Below, in pieces: positions 60,373 to 64,000 of a stretch of DNA of 64,000 bases; within the stretch, counting starts at the first letter, position 1; every line of letters starts with the position of its first letter. The DNA is taken from the NCBI GenBank assembly GCA_000002445.1, contig CP000069.1, positions 1,408,001 to 1,472,000 of the forward strand, read 5' to 3'. The notes under the pieces were generated by a model, which was not told where the DNA came from, ran no database searches, and was given only the letters and a program-made list of their open reading frames with translations. The position numbers were made by a program, and so were the translations under genes. This DNA is from Trypanosoma brucei (Eukaryota).

Positions 60373-61631
60373 TTACTCTAATTTACTTTTGTCAGTATGT
60401 TGGCCACAGTTTACAGTTGTTGTTCTTTCTACTATCACTTTAACTTTGCACTCCCCATCTTTGAATTCACACCCATCTTTTTTGTTGCACTCAGTTTCGT
60501 CTTTTTCTGCGTTGCAATCTTCTGCTGTTTTGGGATCTACTGCTGTTGGGATCGGTGCTGGTTTGGCTGCTTCTTCTCTGGCTGACCTCTGCTGCTCCAA
60601 ATGGCTTATGATTTGTTGTGCTTCAGTGTCTGTTGTCACTTGGCCGATTGTTTTTGTCCCCATTGTTGTTCCTGTTTTGATCTGGACGCTTTTCTTATCG
60701 ATTATATTTTCGAATAGGTTTTTGAAGGCTGCTTGATCGGAGCCGTAGGTAGTTTCCACGTATTTTGTTAGTGCGGCATTCTGGCTAGTGTCTGTTGGGT
60801 TTTCTATGTTTTTAAATGTCGCGTCACATGCTGCGACTGCTTGAAGCAGTGCCGCGTTTGCTTTGAGACCTGGGCCGCTGTAGGTGGGCACGTGTGCCGG
60901 CTGCGCTGACTGCAGAGCTTCGCAGAGCACTCTGCCCATATATGCGTCGGGGTCGCCTGAGTGTTGCTGCCTCCATTACAGCTGCCGCTGGCTGTTGCCG
61001 TGAACGCCGTCTCCCCAGCCAGTTTATCGAGCTTTGTTTCATCGACTATTTTCATGGTTACTAGCTTGCGTATTTGGATGTCGCTGTTCTTGATTTTTGT
61101 CGTTGTTGCTGGTTCGAGTGTTGCGCAGCCGCCGGCCAGCTTTGAGTCGGTTTCGAGGAGAATTTTCACGGCTTCTGCGCCTGACGGTTTTCGCGTGTGT
61201 AGAGATCCCGTTTTTACTTTTGTTTGAGTGTTGTGCAGTTGCTTTGCTCTGGCAACTCTGGTTAAGTGCTTGCTAAGTAGCTCCGCTGCAGCTTTGGCTT
61301 TTGCCTGTGTCTGTCTGCGGAGCTGCTCGTTTGTCTGCAGTGCCGCTGCGACAGCGGCTTTTAGACCGTGTAGCACACAGCGAGTTTTGCTGTCCGGTGC
61401 TGCTGCCGCTGCTAATGCGAATCGTCTCATGTCTTTTGTGAGATGCGTGATGGCCGATTCGTAGGGCGCGCTAATTGTGCTGACATGCTCCTTAAGTTTA
61501 GTGATGTAAAGCTCTTTGTCACAAGCGTCAGCGATTGCAGTTGCCGCTGCATCCGGTGTTGCTTGGCCAGACAGCTCCGTTAGGTAAAAAGATATCATGG
61601 CCACGAGGACATATCCCTTATTTCTCAACAT
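60373..61631 (-). pseudogene. VSG: VSG pseudogene (N-terminal domain with signal peptide 60804..61631; C-terminal domain 60373..60939 in a different frame; no GPI signal in frame)
   Basis: MLRNKGYVLVAMISFYLTELSGQA.. C-terminal domain CNAEKDETECNKKDGCEFKDGECKVK. The frames overlap at 60804-60939. Confidence 0.8.
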
Positions 61632-63174
61632 CTTTGCTCACTACGTGCCGTTATATCTAAGGTGGAAAATTGTAGTTTCTTTAGTTTACATCTGCTGGTA
61701 TTTTTGTTTTCGTCAAAGTAATCTCCATTTTTGAGGGCTGTCTTCGGCACAAATTTCATTTTTAAGTATCAATGGGCCGTCTTTCCTATCAATTCCTGCA
61801 TGTTAAAGATATGTTGTAGACGAGATTCCTTTTTTTGGGAGTATGTCGTCTCTTAGAAAATTTCAGAAGATTTTTACGGTAGAGGTTCTGCAAGCCTATA
61901 GTTTTTAGTTTTCTTGTGAATTAATTCCATAAATAGCCCAAAAATAACGTCCACCTCTGTTTGACCTGGACACCCTATTTTATTTATACTAAATACTCTT
62001 AGATTCCCGAGCATCCGGTTTGCACAGCACCATGCAAATATTTTTTCAAGCCACCGTCGTTTTTCGCACTAGTTTCAAGCTAATTTAGTTGTTGTCTTAA
62101 TTCATTACTGATTATAGTACAGTTGTTTTGCATTTATGTGCACTGCTGTGCGCTTTATCGCTTGTAGCTCGTGAGCTATTGCAGAAGGTAATGTCGCAGT
62201 TAGTTGGGCTTTACATAATATTCGTGCTTTTAAGTTATTCCTTGTTGTTTATAGTCTAGGGGATGATTCTACAGTTAGTGCTAAACTCTTTTTTATATTA
62301 TGCATCCTTTTAGCATAGAATCAATTGGTGACAGGTGACAGCCTGCTTTGTAATACAATCTCCAAGTTTCCTTCATTTATAAAATTCCAAGCTGTCTTTG
62401 TCATTATCTATCACATTCCCATATGCAGTCAAGAATTCTAATCTCTTCTCACAAAATCGCTAAAAACTCTCTATACCTATACTTACAACCTATATTTATG
62501 TTGTTGGGTTCTACTTTATCTACAAAATTGTCTATGCTTTTTTGCTGGTGGAACAACAAATTAATGGTGTTGTCTATCCACGATCCGCTGATGCGGCTAG
62601 TTTTTTCTGCCCGTCCTGTTATATTTTTTTGGTTTTCCACTTAAGGTTTGGCAATTTTCGCCAAATAAAGTTCTTCTCCGCTGTCTTTCTTTTATAAATA
62701 CTTACTATTAGATGTATAGAAGCCACATCTCTTATATAAATTACTCTGTCCTTGAAGTACTTCAGCGGCTGGCCAGTATACCAAGAAAGAATTGGCAAAG
62801 TGTTGCTGCTAATACTCTCCACTTCATATAGAGTCCTTGTAAAGGTTAATGTTCGCGTTTTCTTATTATCTTCTAGTCTCTCTTTCCTTGCACTTTCTTC
62901 AGAAGCAGCTCCTTATCCTGCCGTTATATGAAACGTAGCAGCCACATTCGCTGTGGCTGCCGGGTGCTAGCTGTTGCTGACCAGGGTTGCCATATTAATG
63001 GGGGTGACACTCACTTGTGCATATCGATTTCTAAAGGTGAGTATAGTCCGCATACTTCTTTGCATCTCGTTAATAATAATATTCTTAGTGGCTGCCGATC
63101 ATCTTTCTCACTACTTGGCCTCATTTTATCATACCATTGTTTAAGTATTTTGGATTTGAATTTATCATAAATTT

Positions 63175-63240
63175 TCTTATTATAATAGTAGTATACGCAA
63201 AATCACAACACCTTTCTGTCATTATCACTATCATCGTCAT
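63175..63240 (-). repeat. Degenerate 70-bp repeat upstream of VSG 60373-61631
   Basis: ..gtatacgcaaaatcacaacacctttctgtcattatcactatcatcgtca. Confidence 0.55.
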
Positions 63241-63426
63241 TTTTACGGCTATTACCGTAAATCACTCTTAAAATGTACAATATAGACAAAAAAGTTAATT
63301 TGAATAGCACTAATTTTTCATGCCCTATCACCATAATACTGTGCACTCATAGATCACATTCGTGCATATGTTACTACATTTTTCATACCTCCAAAATTTT
63401 ACTAATTTGCATATTTTAACTAGAAA

Positions 63427-63442
63427 GTGTTAAAATATACCA
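63427..63442 (-). promoter_or_regulatory. VSG 3'UTR 16-mer (1 mismatch)
   Basis: Plus strand gtgttaaaatatacca. Confidence 0.65.
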
Positions 63443-63523
63443 AATATATGAATTATGGACAATTCTCTGAAAGTAGCATATTTTCATAAATTTCATAAAA
63501 ATAAGAAAAAAATCTACTAATTC

Positions 63524-64000
63524 TTAAAATTTTACTAAACTAACAAAAGCAGCAGCCATCTTAGCCAATTTCTTATCTACGAGAAAACTGGAATCTTTGC
63601 AAGCATTATTTTCCCATTTGCAGTTTCCAGTGCAATCTTTCTGTTGTTTGTCCTTGCAATCTGAAGAAGTTTGGGTCCCTGCTTGGGTTGCTTGTTGTTC
63701 TACTGCTGTTGTATTCAATTCACAGTGGTTTCCTGTTTGTTCAGTTTCTTTAGTCCATTTGCATTTTGTGTTTTTTGTGCAATCTGTTTTTTCTCTAAGT
63801 TCTTGCACTCTTTTTCGGCTTCTTCTTGTTGTTTTTTTGAGTCACCTGATGGTGCTTGAGCCGGGTGTGCTGGCTTTGGTGTTGGTTGTTTCAGGGCTTC
63901 CATCGCGTTTAGGCTTAGCAGTGTTGTTAGCGTCTGGTTGAGCGCGTGTATTTGGGCTTCAGCGGCTTGTATATTTGCAGTGTCGCCGGCGGCGGCTTCT
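63524..64000 (-). CDS. VSG: VSG 3' part (C-terminal domain plus GPI signal); N-terminal domain lies beyond the window end
   Basis: ORF 63524..63808(-) ..CKWTKETEQTGNHCELNTT..DCKDKQQKDCTGNCKWENNACKDSSFLVDKKLAKMAAAFVSLVKF. Confidence 0.7.

Noticed and set aside
37188-61464. Numerous plus-strand ORFs of 60-190 aa lying antisense to VSG genes (e.g. 37188..37571, 40464..40979, 48241..48732, 51487..51867, 54716..55117, 61228..61464)
   Set aside because: They sit inside minus-strand VSG coding sequence. Their translations are low-complexity (Cys/Leu/Ser/Phe rich) mirror images of Ala/Thr/Lys-rich VSG codons and no motif supports them.
38775-63240. CRISPR-like reading of the regularly spaced 70-bp repeats
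   Set aside because: Eukaryotic trypanosome sequence. The repeats are the known VSG-associated 70-bp or TAA-triplet elements, the 'spacers' are 1-3 kb gene cassettes, and no cas genes are present.

Overview
Working call from sequence alone: the window is a core-to-subtelomere transition of a Trypanosoma brucei-group nuclear chromosome, not a prokaryotic locus.

(1) 1-5533, + strand: the 3' 5.5 kb of a very large unrecognised ORF that runs off the window start.

(2) 5.5-13.1 kb: AT-rich non-coding DNA.

(3) 13.1-27.0 kb, + strand: two paralogous RHS (retrotransposon hot spot) genes, each with about 440 bp of near-identical 5' flank. Copy 1 is an 'empty-site' 3'-truncated pseudogene. Copy 2 is split at the canonical hot spot by a 5.25 kb ingi non-LTR retrotransposon (5' leader peptide with a 2A motif, AP-endonuclease, RT, RNase H and C2H2 zinc-finger regions; one in-frame TAA). 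The ingi is followed immediately by a 497 bp RIME. Both are poly(A)-terminated and bracketed by the same 17 bp target-site duplication.

(4) 27.0-34.5 kb: an AT-rich convergent gap.

(5) 34.5-35.4 kb, - strand: a DIRE-like degenerate ingi fragment.

(6) 35.5-64 kb, - strand: a VSG array of at least 10 cassettes. They are recognisable by VSG N- and C-terminal domains with GPI-signal tails, the 3'UTR 16-mer (TGATATATTTTAACAC, read on the - strand) and upstream 70-bp repeats. Two VSGs look intact; the rest are frameshifted pseudogenes or C-terminal-domain fragments. A GT67-type glycosyltransferase pseudogene is embedded in the array. Three cassettes carry short telomere-like (TTAGGG)2-3 islands just 3' of the VSG.

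No rRNA, tRNA or CRISPR was recognisable by eye. Coordinates of degenerate elements are approximate (about +/-10 bp).
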